This document shows, piece by piece, positions 44,315-52,604 of a stretch of 64,000 bases of DNA. The notes under the pieces were generated by a model, which worked only from the letters and a program-made list of their open reading frames with translations, did no database searches and was not told the DNA's origin. Numbering within the stretch: the stretch's first letter is position 1; the number at the start of each line of letters is the position of its first letter. Source of the DNA: Bacteroidales bacterium (GTDB lineage Bacteria > Bacteroidota > Bacteroidia > Bacteroidales > WCHB1-69); NCBI GenBank assembly GCA_017535665.1, contig JAFXTS010000011.1, positions 12,399 through 76,398 on the forward strand, in the 5' to 3' direction. The position numbers were made by a program, and so were the translations under genes.

Positions 44315-44794
44315 CTATAACGAATCTTGGGGTGGGTCGGTTATCGGGATGGTATCTGTGAGAATTTCATCAGATGGATCTTCCACAAAGCCTTCACACA
44401 TTATTACTTCCCCGGGAACAATCATCTCCCACGTTGCTTCCTCTTCTTTGTTGGTTTGGGCACTGTCAATGGGAGGAGCGGGTATGGTATCCGCCACCTT
44501 TTCCGTTTGGGGTTGTGCAACGACCTCCGGGATTTTGTCTTGCGCTTTCGGCTGGCAGGCATTCAGGGCTATGCTGCCCAACGCGATGCCGGCAATGGTC
44601 ACCGCCTTCCCCATCAGACTCCGCTTCTGCAGCTCCCGTTCCAGGTACTGCACTTTCGATTCGCAGTACGGACAGGTGCCGTGGCAGTCGCCCTCATGGG
44701 TGCATTCGCGTTCCTCCAGCGGAATGTTGTTTTGCGCGGCAATATCCCGACGGATCTCTTTCAAAATTTTGCAGGTTGCTTTCCCGTGTTTCAT
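44315..44794 (-). CDS. Cys-rich N-terminal domain / TM (lipobox-like) / acidic Pro-rich tail protein, translationally coupled to the radical-SAM gene
   Basis: MKHGKATCKILKEIRRDIAAQNNIPLEERECTHEGDCHGTCPYCESKVQYLE has 5 Cys, including CX5CX3CX2C. It is followed by MGKAVTIAGIALGSIALNAC. The stop is 3 nt before the rSAM ATG. Alternative starts exist at 44851 and 44890. Confidence 0.6.
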   Translation of the reverse strand: MKHGKATCKILKEIRRDIAAQNNIPLEERECTHEGDCHGTCPYCESKVQYLERELQKRSLMGKAVTIAGIALGSIALNACQPKAQDKIPEVVAQPQTEKVADTIPAPPIDSAQTNKEEEATWEMIVPGEVIMCEGFVEDPSDEILTDTIPITDPPQDSL

Positions 44795-44866
44795 GGCTGA
44801 AAAAATATTGGTTGCAAAGGTACGATTATTTTCTTGATGAATATACTTCATTGCGATTTTCAGCAA

Positions 44867-44926
44867 CGAAATTACAATCGTTTCAAGCAAAATTTATCCC
44901 TTCACACCCAAAATGTGAACCCTCAC
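44867..44926 (-). promoter_or_regulatory. promoter C: -7-like box TAATTTCG plus motif-1 direct-repeat pair (21-bp phase) for the Cys-rich/rSAM operon
   Basis: Minus sense reads GTGAGGGTTCACattttgggtGTGAAGGGATAaattttgcttgaaacgattgTAATTTCG. It is collinear with promoters A and B. Confidence 0.6.
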
Positions 44927-45022
44927 CACGAAAATGTGACGGATGGTTCAAATGAAAATGCTGTATTGGTTTATAATATTTTGATAATCAAATTTTTATA
45001 AAAAATATAATTGAGAAGGCTA

Positions 45023-45099
45023 ATGAAGGAATAAATGAAGATGAGTGAAGGGATAAACCCATTTTGGGAAGATTGTTTGGAAAGAATTGAGTATTTTTG
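45023..45099 (+). promoter_or_regulatory. plus-facing motif-1-like repeat pair (ATGAAGGAAT / GTGAAGGGAT, 22-nt phase) and -7 box TATTTTTG for the LytTR regulator gene
   Basis: The repeats are at 45023-32 and 45045-54, the box is at 45092-99 and the ATG is at 45124. Confidence 0.5.
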
Positions 45100-45123
45100 C
45101 TGCCGTATATACATCCTGCCTTT

Positions 45124-46185
45124 ATGAAACATTCGAAGAAAATTGCCATCGTTTTGCTCAATGTCCTGTTCAGTGCCGTAGTGCTTTGGTTTTTTGCCCG
45201 CAACCTTATTTTGCACCCATTCTCGGGCGGCTTTGTCAAGGAAGCCATTTCGGGCATTCTGTTGTTAGGCTCATTGTATTTCAATTACTTTGTGCTTTAT
45301 CCCAAGCTTTATCCCAAATATCCGCAAGTGTATTGGGCGGTTGTGGTGCTCAGTGCTATCGTGGTGGGCGTTGTGGAGACGGCTCTTGCCTACCGTTTTA
45401 TTGTATCGCGCCATGCCAATGCTATTAAACTGGTGGGATATTTCGAGTTTTTCGCCACCCATCAGTTTGAGGTCATTGGACGGAATCTCGCTTTGAATTT
45501 CTTCCCGTTTTTGTTCAGGGATCGTAAACATTACCAACAGTCGTTGGAGGACGAGACCAAGATCGTGTACGAGCGGGTCCGCATGCTGGATGTCGCCGAC
45601 AAGGACAGCAACATCCAGCTGTTGACCATGGATGACATTTTCTACTGTGAGCAGCAACGCAATTTCACCACGATCTACACCGTGCAAAATGAAAAATACA
45701 CGAGGTTGGGTTCCATGAAGCATCTGGAGCAGCTGTTTGGCGAGGAGGATTTCATCCGCATCACAACCACCTTGCTGGTGCCTTTCCAGCATATCCAGTC
45801 GTGCAAAGATAACAGGGTGATGATGAAGCAGATGCCGTGGGAGGAGGTGCCCACCACCTTCCCATTGGAGGCCCGCACGCAGGCGGAAGTGGCTGAAAGA
45901 ATTTCCGAAATCCTTTCGCAGAAGGAGGTTGTTTTAGACGAAAATAAAATCCCGGAGACTCCGACTTCCACCACTGCCAGGCGTAAACCGGCATCTGCCG
46001 CTGAGGGAAAGGTCAGGGAGGTGCTATCTTACATCGAAGCCCATCCGAACTGTAATACGGCGGACATCATGGCCGGAACGGACTTTTCGTTGAGCACCGT
46101 GGAGCGCTGCCTCTCCGAGCTCAAAAAGCAGGGACTCATCGAGCACACCGGCAGCAAGAGAAGCGGCGGGTACAGCAGGGTGTAA
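45124..46185 (+). CDS. membrane-anchored LytTR-domain regulator with an extra C-terminal winged-helix domain
   Basis: Three to four N-terminal TM helices. A LytTR-like block reads IQLLTMDDIFYCEQQRNFTTIYTVQNEKYTRLGSMKHLEQLFGEEDFIRI. The C-terminal MarR/wHTH-like block reads VLSYIEAHPNCNTADIMAGTDFSLSTVERCLSELKKQGLIEH. There is no receiver domain. Confidence 0.65.
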   Translation: MKHSKKIAIVLLNVLFSAVVLWFFARNLILHPFSGGFVKEAISGILLLGSLYFNYFVLYPKLYPKYPQVYWAVVVLSAIVVGVVETALAYRFIVSRHANAIKLVGYFEFFATHQFEVIGRNLALNFFPFLFRDRKHYQQSLEDETKIVYERVRMLDVADKDSNIQLLTMDDIFYCEQQRNFTTIYTVQNEKYTRLGSMKHLEQLFGEEDFIRITTTLLVPFQHIQSCKDNRVMMKQMPWEEVPTTFPLEARTQAEVAERISEILSQKEVVLDENKIPETPTSTTARRKPASAAEGKVREVLSYIEAHPNCNTADIMAGTDFSLSTVERCLSELKKQGLIEHTGSKRSGGYSRV

Positions 46186-46190
46186 ATAAC

Positions 46191-47216
46191 TTAATTATCA
46201 AGAAAATAGTCGCATACATTCATTACGAACATTCCATTGTTCAGTCTATGTGCAGGAATGGTGTCATTGGTTAAAATCACTTTCTTGAAAGAGTCGTCAA
46301 TTAGCTTTAAAGAGCGTTCCTCTTGCTGTTGTTTTTCGGCATCAGGAAGGGAAAAGGCACTTTGAACATAGAGTCGGTCGTTGTCCTTATTGCAGACAAA
46401 ATCCACCTCAAATGTGTTTCGTACGGTTTTTCCGTCCTTGTCTTTTGTGTATTGTTCAATTACCCCGACATCCACACTGTATCCATAGTGAATCAAGTGG
46501 TTGAATATGATGTTCTCCATTACATGAGTGGGTTCTACCTGTCTGAAATCAAGGGCTGAATTCCTCAGTCCAATGTCAGAAAAATAGTACTTGCAGGGAG
46601 TGTCGATGTATTTCTTTCCTTTAATGTCGTAGCGGATAGTTTTTTTTAAGAGAAAAGAATCTTCAAAGTAATCAATGTATTGTTTGATAGTCCATGAATT
46701 TATAGAAACATTTTTCTCGCTTTTGAAAGTGTTGGACAGTTTGGTGGGATTCGTCAAAGATCCGATATTGGATGCCAGTATGTTGAAAAGGTCAGACAGT
46801 TCCGCGTCATTCTTCACCTTGTTTCTTCCTATGATGTCTGTCAAATAAGTCTCTTTAACTAATGCGTGCAACATTTCCCGCTTGATGGAAGCATTGGTTT
46901 CGCTCACAACCAAAGGAATGCCGCCATAATACATATATTCTTTCCAAACGGAGGTTATTTCTCCTCCTTTTTCCAAATATATCTCCTTAAAAGTAAGTGG
47001 GTTGACATTGACTTGCACTCCTCGTCCCCTAAATTCAGTCACGATGTCGGAGGATAAAAATTTCGCATTGCTGCCTGTGACATACACGTCGAGATTGTCA
47101 ATGTGCAGAAAACCGTTCAGTACATCCACAAACCTGTCAAGCATTTGCACCTCATCAATGAAAACGTAATGCATCTCCTTGTCGTTTGCAGAGGCTTCTT
47201 TAATGAATCGATACAT
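46191..47216 (-). pseudogene. N-terminally truncated AAA ATPase with DUF4143 domain
   Basis: Walker B (YVFIDEVQ) and the DUF4143-type C-terminus are present. No Walker A P-loop is present upstream. The region is AT-rich. Confidence 0.6.
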
Positions 47217-47310
47217 TTTTTCCGCTTGGAAAATATTTTTGTGTATATACACAATTTTAGTTTGCAAAAATACAAAAAAAAAGAGAGAGAAGATGTCTTT
47301 GGAGTTTTTT

Positions 47311-47348
47311 TATAAAAAAAAGAAGCGGAACAGCAACTGTCCCGCTTC
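47311..47348 (-). terminator. Rho-independent terminator of the SprB-repeat cargo gene
   Basis: Minus sense reads GAAGCGGGACAG-ttg-CTGTTCCGCTTC followed by a T-run. Confidence 0.65.
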
Positions 47349-47398
47349 CGTCCCATACATTTCGCCAATTACTTGCATTCAAGCATGGCTTTCAACCG

Positions 47399-48823
47399 TT
47401 ATTCTTTTACGAATTTGGCTTCCATGGTGCCGTTCTCCGAATCAATCTTCAGAAGATAGAGTCCGGCTGCAAAATGGCTTATGTCTAAAGTGAAGTCGCT
47501 GTCGTTCACTCTCTTTTTATGAATAAGTTGTCCGTTGGCATTGTAAACGGAGATTGTGTTGATGCGGCTGTCGCCCTCGATGCGAATTTGGTCAGAGGCC
47601 GGATTCGGGTACATTCTCACAGTGGCGATGAGTTCGGTGCCGACACCGCTGCCGTTGGGACCGAAAACGGTGTAATAGCCCCAAGTGAAGCATCCCGGAT
47701 CATTGGCTTCTTGCACCATCACAGAATAGGTGCCGATAGGCAGGTTGGAAATGGTGGCGGTCTCAGCGCCGGTGTTCCATGTGTAGAGGTAGGGCGGATT
47801 GCCGGAGGTGACGGTGGCCGTGGCGCTTCCCGTGCCAGAATAGATGGAGTAGGAGTTGGAGTTCGTGCCGGTAACGGTGACGGCGATGTTGCAGCCGGCA
47901 GGATTAACGGTGAAGTTGCCGACCTTCTGGCAGGCATTGGCATCTGTAACCGTTACATAGTAGCTGGTGGGTATCAGTCCAGTGATGGTTTGGGTGGTTT
48001 CAAGGTTGCTCCAGAGGTATTGGTAGGGTGCTGTGCCGCCGTTGGGGGTGGCGGTAGCGGTGCCGTCCATGGCACCAACGGAGGTTTCGTGCGTGCCGCT
48101 CACGGTCACATTGAAGCCTTCACAACTGGGCATGTTGAAGACGATGCCGTCGATGTAGAACTCGCTGCCGGCCACGGGAGCGGGAAGTCCCAGCTGCGAG
48201 GGGGTAGGCATCCCCGGAGCGATGGCGGAGTAGTCGGGGATGGAGCCGACGCTGGAGCAGATGAAAATGCTCATCTTGTCGGGCTGCTGGGTGGTGGAAT
48301 ATACAAAGGGAATGTTCACATGCGTCCACTCCTCCACGGTGCTGTTCACCTCGAAGTAGCACTCGCCCACGAGGTCGTCTTCGTCGGTAGCGGCATTGTA
48401 CTTGGTGAGCTCCACTTGGAAGCAGCACGCATCATCGCCCATCGGTTTCGCTTTGTACAGGAAATCCACTGATACGGGGCGTTTGTTATAGGCCACACCG
48501 CCATCTCCGACGGAACCCAGCTGGATGAAGCCGCCGACAGGATTGGGGAAGGGTAGGGGCAGAAACAGCAGCCTGAAGTTCTCGCATTCCGGACAGCTTC
48601 CTGTCACCAATTTCAAAGAGGCGGAGCCCTCTCCGGGAGAGGCGGTCTCCTTGAATACAGTCTGTGCACCGCCGCCGTCCATCGATAGGTCGTTGGAAGA
48701 GGTCCATCCTACGGGCTCAATGCCATTCCAGTTCTCAAAATTCAAGTTGGTGGGATCGTTCTGGGCGTGTGATACCATTGCAATAAATGCAAGGAACGCC
48801 ATGAATAGGCTAAATTTTTTCAT
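47399..48823 (-). CDS. T9SS cargo with N-terminal lectin-like domain, two SprB-type repeats and a type-A C-terminal sorting domain
   Basis: Signal peptide. SprB-like repeats (GAMDGTATATPNGGTAPYQYLWSNLETTQTITGLIPTSYYVTVTDANAC, and a second with PPYLYTWNTG). The C-terminal domain reads MYPNPASDQIRIEG...AAGLYLLKIDSENGTMEAKFVKE. Confidence 0.8.
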   Translation of the reverse strand: MKKFSLFMAFLAFIAMVSHAQNDPTNLNFENWNGIEPVGWTSSNDLSMDGGGAQTVFKETASPGEGSASLKLVTGSCPECENFRLLFLPLPFPNPVGGFIQLGSVGDGGVAYNKRPVSVDFLYKAKPMGDDACCFQVELTKYNAATDEDDLVGECYFEVNSTVEEWTHVNIPFVYSTTQQPDKMSIFICSSVGSIPDYSAIAPGMPTPSQLGLPAPVAGSEFYIDGIVFNMPSCEGFNVTVSGTHETSVGAMDGTATATPNGGTAPYQYLWSNLETTQTITGLIPTSYYVTVTDANACQKVGNFTVNPAGCNIAVTVTGTNSNSYSIYSGTGSATATVTSGNPPYLYTWNTGAETATISNLPIGTYSVMVQEANDPGCFTWGYYTVFGPNGSGVGTELIATVRMYPNPASDQIRIEGDSRINTISVYNANGQLIHKKRVNDSDFTLDISHFAAGLYLLKIDSENGTMEAKFVKE

Positions 48824-48914
48824 TACTCTTTTTTTGATTGATATTAATGTGATGTTTGCTCAATTCACGTTACAAACGTTACAAATACAGCAGCTGGCTG
48901 ACAAATTTCAGCGG

Positions 48915-48973
48915 CAAAATTACCATTTGCAGAGCAATATTTAATCCCTCATAGCAGGAATGTGAACCCTCAC
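48915..48973 (-). promoter_or_regulatory. promoter B: -7 box TAATTTTG plus motif-1 direct-repeat pair (21-bp phase)
   Basis: Minus sense reads GTGAGGGTTCACattcctgctATGAGGGATTAaatattgctctgcaaatggTAATTTTG. The repeats are at 48942-52 and 48964-73, and the box is at 48915-22. Confidence 0.6.
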
Positions 48974-49177
48974 AGCAAAAATGTGACCACCTGCTTCAAT
49001 GAAGCAGTTATGTGGATTTGTAATAAATTGTGAATCAAATTTTTATAAAAACAAAATGGATAGGGCTTGTGAGGGAATAAATGAAATTATGTGAAGGGAT
49101 AGATGTAAATCAGGAAGGTGCTTTCTTCCGTTTTCACCTCTCACCTTTCAGTTTTCCATTTTCCATTTTCCATTTCC
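48935..49177. repeat. conserved intergenic module, copy B
   Basis: Collinear with 31541-31790. It includes the plus-facing pair GTGAGGGAAT (49069) and GTGAAGGGAT (49091), and a TTTTCCA heptamer array at 49131-49177. Confidence 0.8.
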
Positions 49178-49178
49178 C

Positions 49179-49790
49179 TTACTTCACCCTGAAATTCAGC
49201 ATTCTCCGGTCCTCAATCCACCCCTCTAACAGGTCGTTGATGGCCACTTTCCCCACCCCTTTCGGCGTGCCGGTGAAGATGATGTCGCCGGTCTTCAGCG
49301 TGAAAAACTGCGAGGCGTAGGAGATGATCTGGTCGATGGAAAAGAGCATCTCACCACTGTTGCCGCTCTGAACGGTATTGCCATTTAAGTTGAGGTGAAA
49401 ATTGATGTTGTTGAGGTCTGCAAATTTTTCTTTTTCAATGAATTGACTAATGATGGCCGACCCATCAAACGCCTTTGCGATCTCCCACGGATTGCCTTCC
49501 TCTATGCAATTTTTTTGCAGATCCCGTGCCGTGAAGTCGATGCCCAACCCAATCTCGTGGTAGTAGGTATGGGCGAATTTTTCCTGGATGTATTTCCCCA
49601 CCTTGTCGATGCGAACCAGTAGCTCCACTTCATACTCAATCTGTTGTGAGAATTCAGGTAAAAAGAACGGACGGTTGCGGGTGATGACCGACGAGTCGGG
49701 CTTCAGAAACAGGGTCGGTTTGTCGGGGACTTTATGCCCCAACTCTTTGATATGAGGCAAGTAATTTCTTCCTACGCAGATGATTTTCAT
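49179..49790 (-). CDS. fumarylacetoacetate hydrolase (FAH) family protein
   Basis: MKIICVGRNY..H..E......P..P..FLKP start, with G.P and D..F.G.P.GVG blocks. 203 aa. Confidence 0.85.
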   Translation of the reverse strand: MKIICVGRNYLPHIKELGHKVPDKPTLFLKPDSSVITRNRPFFLPEFSQQIEYEVELLVRIDKVGKYIQEKFAHTYYHEIGLGIDFTARDLQKNCIEEGNPWEIAKAFDGSAIISQFIEKEKFADLNNINFHLNLNGNTVQSGNSGEMLFSIDQIISYASQFFTLKTGDIIFTGTPKGVGKVAINDLLEGWIEDRRMLNFRVK

Positions 49791-49793
49791 ATT

Positions 49794-50456
49794 CTACTTT
49801 TTAATTTTCTGATTATGAATAATGTACGAGTCTTTTTGGGCGATGTCAGTTCGGTATTCGAAACGGTCGAAGTTTTGGAATCCGTATGCCATTAATTGCT
49901 CCACGCTCCATGCCCTATCGTCGTCGGTGTTGTAGTTGGGGATAAGCGGCACCCGTATCATCACCTGCTGGGTAGGGAAGTTTTGGGACAGATATTTCAG
50001 ATTCTCCAACAGCAACTCAATAGGTCTTTCAGTATAGTTTTGATAAATATTGGGATGTAAATCCTTGATGTCCACGATGAAATAGTCGGCAACGGGCAGC
50101 ACGGATTTCAACTGTTCTTGAGGAACGTAGAGGGAAGTTTCTAAGGTAAGTTGCCAGTCGGGACCGCACAACTCGCGGAAGCGGACGATAAAATCGGACC
50201 GTAGCAGGGGCTCCCCACCGCCGAAGCACACCCCGCCATGGGTGGCCAAAAAGTAGAGCTGGTCGATGCGCACCTCCTCATAAAGCTGCTCAGGAGTGAG
50301 CGTGCGACAGACTTCCACCAGACCGTGACAGCTGGGGTTGAGGCAGTACTTGCACTGCAGGGGACAACCGTGGAAAGCCGCCAGCGTAGTCACCCCCTCG
50401 CCGTCGATGCCGATGCGGTGCCGCATTATGCCGATGAAGGGAGCCGGTTTTACCAT
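49794..50456 (-). CDS. small radical-SAM enzyme (copy 2, about 75 percent identical by eye to 43685..44311)
   Basis: GVTTLAAFHGCPLQCKYCLNP and GGVCFGGGEPLL. It is collinear with copy 1. Confidence 0.8.
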   Translation of the reverse strand: MVKPAPFIGIMRHRIGIDGEGVTTLAAFHGCPLQCKYCLNPSCHGLVEVCRTLTPEQLYEEVRIDQLYFLATHGGVCFGGGEPLLRSDFIVRFRELCGPDWQLTLETSLYVPQEQLKSVLPVADYFIVDIKDLHPNIYQNYTERPIELLLENLKYLSQNFPTQQVMIRVPLIPNYNTDDDRAWSVEQLMAYGFQNFDRFEYRTDIAQKDSYIIHNQKIKK

Positions 50457-50462
50457 GGGTTA

Positions 50463-51731
50463 TTATTTCTCAGATTCTGAGCCGTAAATCAATTCAACGA
50501 GATTATAGAGCAACAGATAGTCAATCATGTTGACTTCCCCCGTGTCGGCCGTGCGCCAAGGACAAAACAACGACAAGCAATGCCAGGGCGGTGCATTTCT
50601 AACGGTTTGTCCTGCTGTGGTTTGGGTGAGTTTGCCGTCGGTAGGGGCACTGTTGAGGTATGCATCGTACTGCTCGCGCGGCAGCAGCTCTTTCCCCTCT
50701 TTCCCATAGATAACCAAATTGATGAGGGGTAGGTGAGGAAAGATAAGTTCTTGTTGTAAATCAGGACGTTTGCGTACGATCTTATCGCAACTTTTCACCA
50801 GCCAGGCGTAACAGTCTTTGCCGCTCCCGGCGTCGTTCATCACCGCCGACATCGACAAGATGCCGTACCACCGGAAGTTGCCGGTTTTCGAGATGAACAT
50901 ATTGTCTTGCACCAATTTCCAGGTGCTCCGTCCCGCATTTTCTTTCTTCGTCCCTGCCGGTGTCGCCCCACTCAAAAGGTCACCTATCGTCAAATGGGCG
51001 TATTGTAACCAAATAAGATCCATTCTTTGTTGTATCTCATTGTGGGTTACATGGTTAATGATTGACCAATTCTCTTTTTCTCCCTCTTTATTTTGCATGA
51101 ATGCCACCATTCTTTGGCTTATCTCTGCCACTTTTTGGCATAGTTCAGCATCATCCACCAACTTTTGTACCAAGGCGAAACCGATATAACTGCCCCATGC
51201 CTGGTCTTGTGAAGGGGCGTTTCGTTTGCTGTCGGTTTTCCCGCACTGGTACTCGTAGTCGCTGGTGATCCATTGCACCCCGAAGCGGCTGGTGTCTGCC
51301 CGCCAGATGTCATCGCGGAGGTAGAAGCCGTTGGGGTGTGCGAAGGTGTCGCCGCCCCAGCATTTCTCTGCCTCTAAATCCAGTCGGTCATATACCTGCA
51401 AGGCGCATCGAAGTTCCTTCAGGGTGGCATCGGTGGACTTCCCTTCTTGTTGCAAACGGGCATACTCCGTGGCCAGCAGCGCCACATAGTGTCCCTGCCA
51501 CCAAATCCCGTCGCACCAGTACCCCGTCAAACCGTTGCGAGTTTGATATCTGCGTTCCATCGGCTGCGAGGTGCCCCGCTCCATCCCATTGCCCGTATAG
51601 TACAGAAATTCAGTGCGTAAGCGCTCTCTCAGCAGGTTGTATTTTTCTTCGTTGGAAAGGGTAGATTGTGCCAAAATCTGGCATAAACTACCCGAAAAAA
51701 TCGCTATCAAGAAGAGAATTTTTTTCAGCAT
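50463..51731 (-). CDS. hypothetical secreted protein (422 aa)
   Basis: Signal peptide MLKKILFLIAIFSGSLCQILAQ. Its stop is 6 nt before the rSAM start. No family recognised. Confidence 0.6.
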   Translation of the reverse strand: MLKKILFLIAIFSGSLCQILAQSTLSNEEKYNLLRERLRTEFLYYTGNGMERGTSQPMERRYQTRNGLTGYWCDGIWWQGHYVALLATEYARLQQEGKSTDATLKELRCALQVYDRLDLEAEKCWGGDTFAHPNGFYLRDDIWRADTSRFGVQWITSDYEYQCGKTDSKRNAPSQDQAWGSYIGFALVQKLVDDAELCQKVAEISQRMVAFMQNKEGEKENWSIINHVTHNEIQQRMDLIWLQYAHLTIGDLLSGATPAGTKKENAGRSTWKLVQDNMFISKTGNFRWYGILSMSAVMNDAGSGKDCYAWLVKSCDKIVRKRPDLQQELIFPHLPLINLVIYGKEGKELLPREQYDAYLNSAPTDGKLTQTTAGQTVRNAPPWHCLSLFCPWRTADTGEVNMIDYLLLYNLVELIYGSESEK

Positions 51732-51737
51732 ATTGTG

Positions 51738-52226
51738 CTATTTTTCTTCATCATAGACTTCAAGGTGGCTCAGTTCTTTCCCGTTGATGTCAAGTCGCAG
51801 GAAGGTGAGGCGTGTGTGGTGCCCGAACCGTGAGGCAGAGCCTGGGTTGATGAAAAGCAGGTTGTGACTGGTGTCGTGCATCACTTTGAGGATGTGCGAG
51901 TGACCGGCAATAAAGATGGTGGGATGTTCCGCTTGGATGAGTTTCAGGGCCGGAGTGGAGTAGTAGTGTCCGTTGCCCACGATGTGCATCATCGCCACTT
52001 TGTGCTGTTCGCAGGGAAACACCAATGATTCCGAGGTTTTGCAGCGTATGTCCCAGTCGTCGCAGTTGCCATACACGGCGCGCACGGGGGCGATGAGGTT
52101 GAGTTCGTCCAATACCTCCTCCCTGCCGATGTCGCCGGCATGCCAGATCTCATCACACGGTTTAAAAAACTCGAATAGTTTCGGATGTACGTAACCGTGT
52201 GTGTCAGAGATGATTCCGATTTTCAT
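51738..52226 (-). CDS. YfcE/MJ0936-family metallophosphoesterase
   Basis: Motifs ISDTHG, HAGD, GNCD and GHSH. Confidence 0.85.
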   Translation of the reverse strand: MKIGIISDTHGYVHPKLFEFFKPCDEIWHAGDIGREEVLDELNLIAPVRAVYGNCDDWDIRCKTSESLVFPCEQHKVAMMHIVGNGHYYSTPALKLIQAEHPTIFIAGHSHILKVMHDTSHNLLFINPGSASRFGHHTRLTFLRLDINGKELSHLEVYDEEK

Positions 52227-52229
52227 GGT

Positions 52230-52604
52230 TTATTTTACGGCCACGGTCTCGATTTCCACCATCACACCCATAGGAAGAGCTTTAACGGCGAAGGCGGCGC
52301 GGGCTGGCGGGTTGGTGCTGTAGTACTTGGCATAAACCTCGTTCATGGGTTTGAAGTTGGCCATGTCGCTGAGCAGACAGGTGGATTTTACCACGTCGGC
52401 GAAGGTATAGCCGGCCTCTTCGAGGATGGCGCCGATGTTTTTCATCACCTGTTCGGTCTGTTCTTCAATGGTGTCGGCGACCTTGCCGGTGGCGGGATCT
52501 ACCGGAATCTGACCGGAGATGTAGAGGGTTCCGTTGATTTCAATGGCCTGGCTGTAGGGTCCGATGGCCTTGGGAGCTTTGTCGGTGTGGATGACTTTTT
52601 TCAT
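52230..52604 (-). CDS. ridA: RidA/YjgF-family reactive-intermediate deaminase
   Basis: 124 aa, with KAPKAIGPYSQAI..NG.LYISGQIP. The listed 341-aa ORF is a spurious 5' extension across the MFS gene. Confidence 0.9.
   Translation of the reverse strand: MKKVIHTDKAPKAIGPYSQAIEINGTLYISGQIPVDPATGKVADTIEEQTEQVMKNIGAILEEAGYTFADVVKSTCLLSDMANFKPMNEVYAKYYSTNPPARAAFAVKALPMGVMVEIETVAVK

Noticed and set aside
47519-48472. 317-aa plus-strand ORF opposite the SprB-repeat cargo gene
   Set aside because: It is a shadow ORF. The minus frame has a signal peptide, SprB repeats and a T9SS sorting domain.
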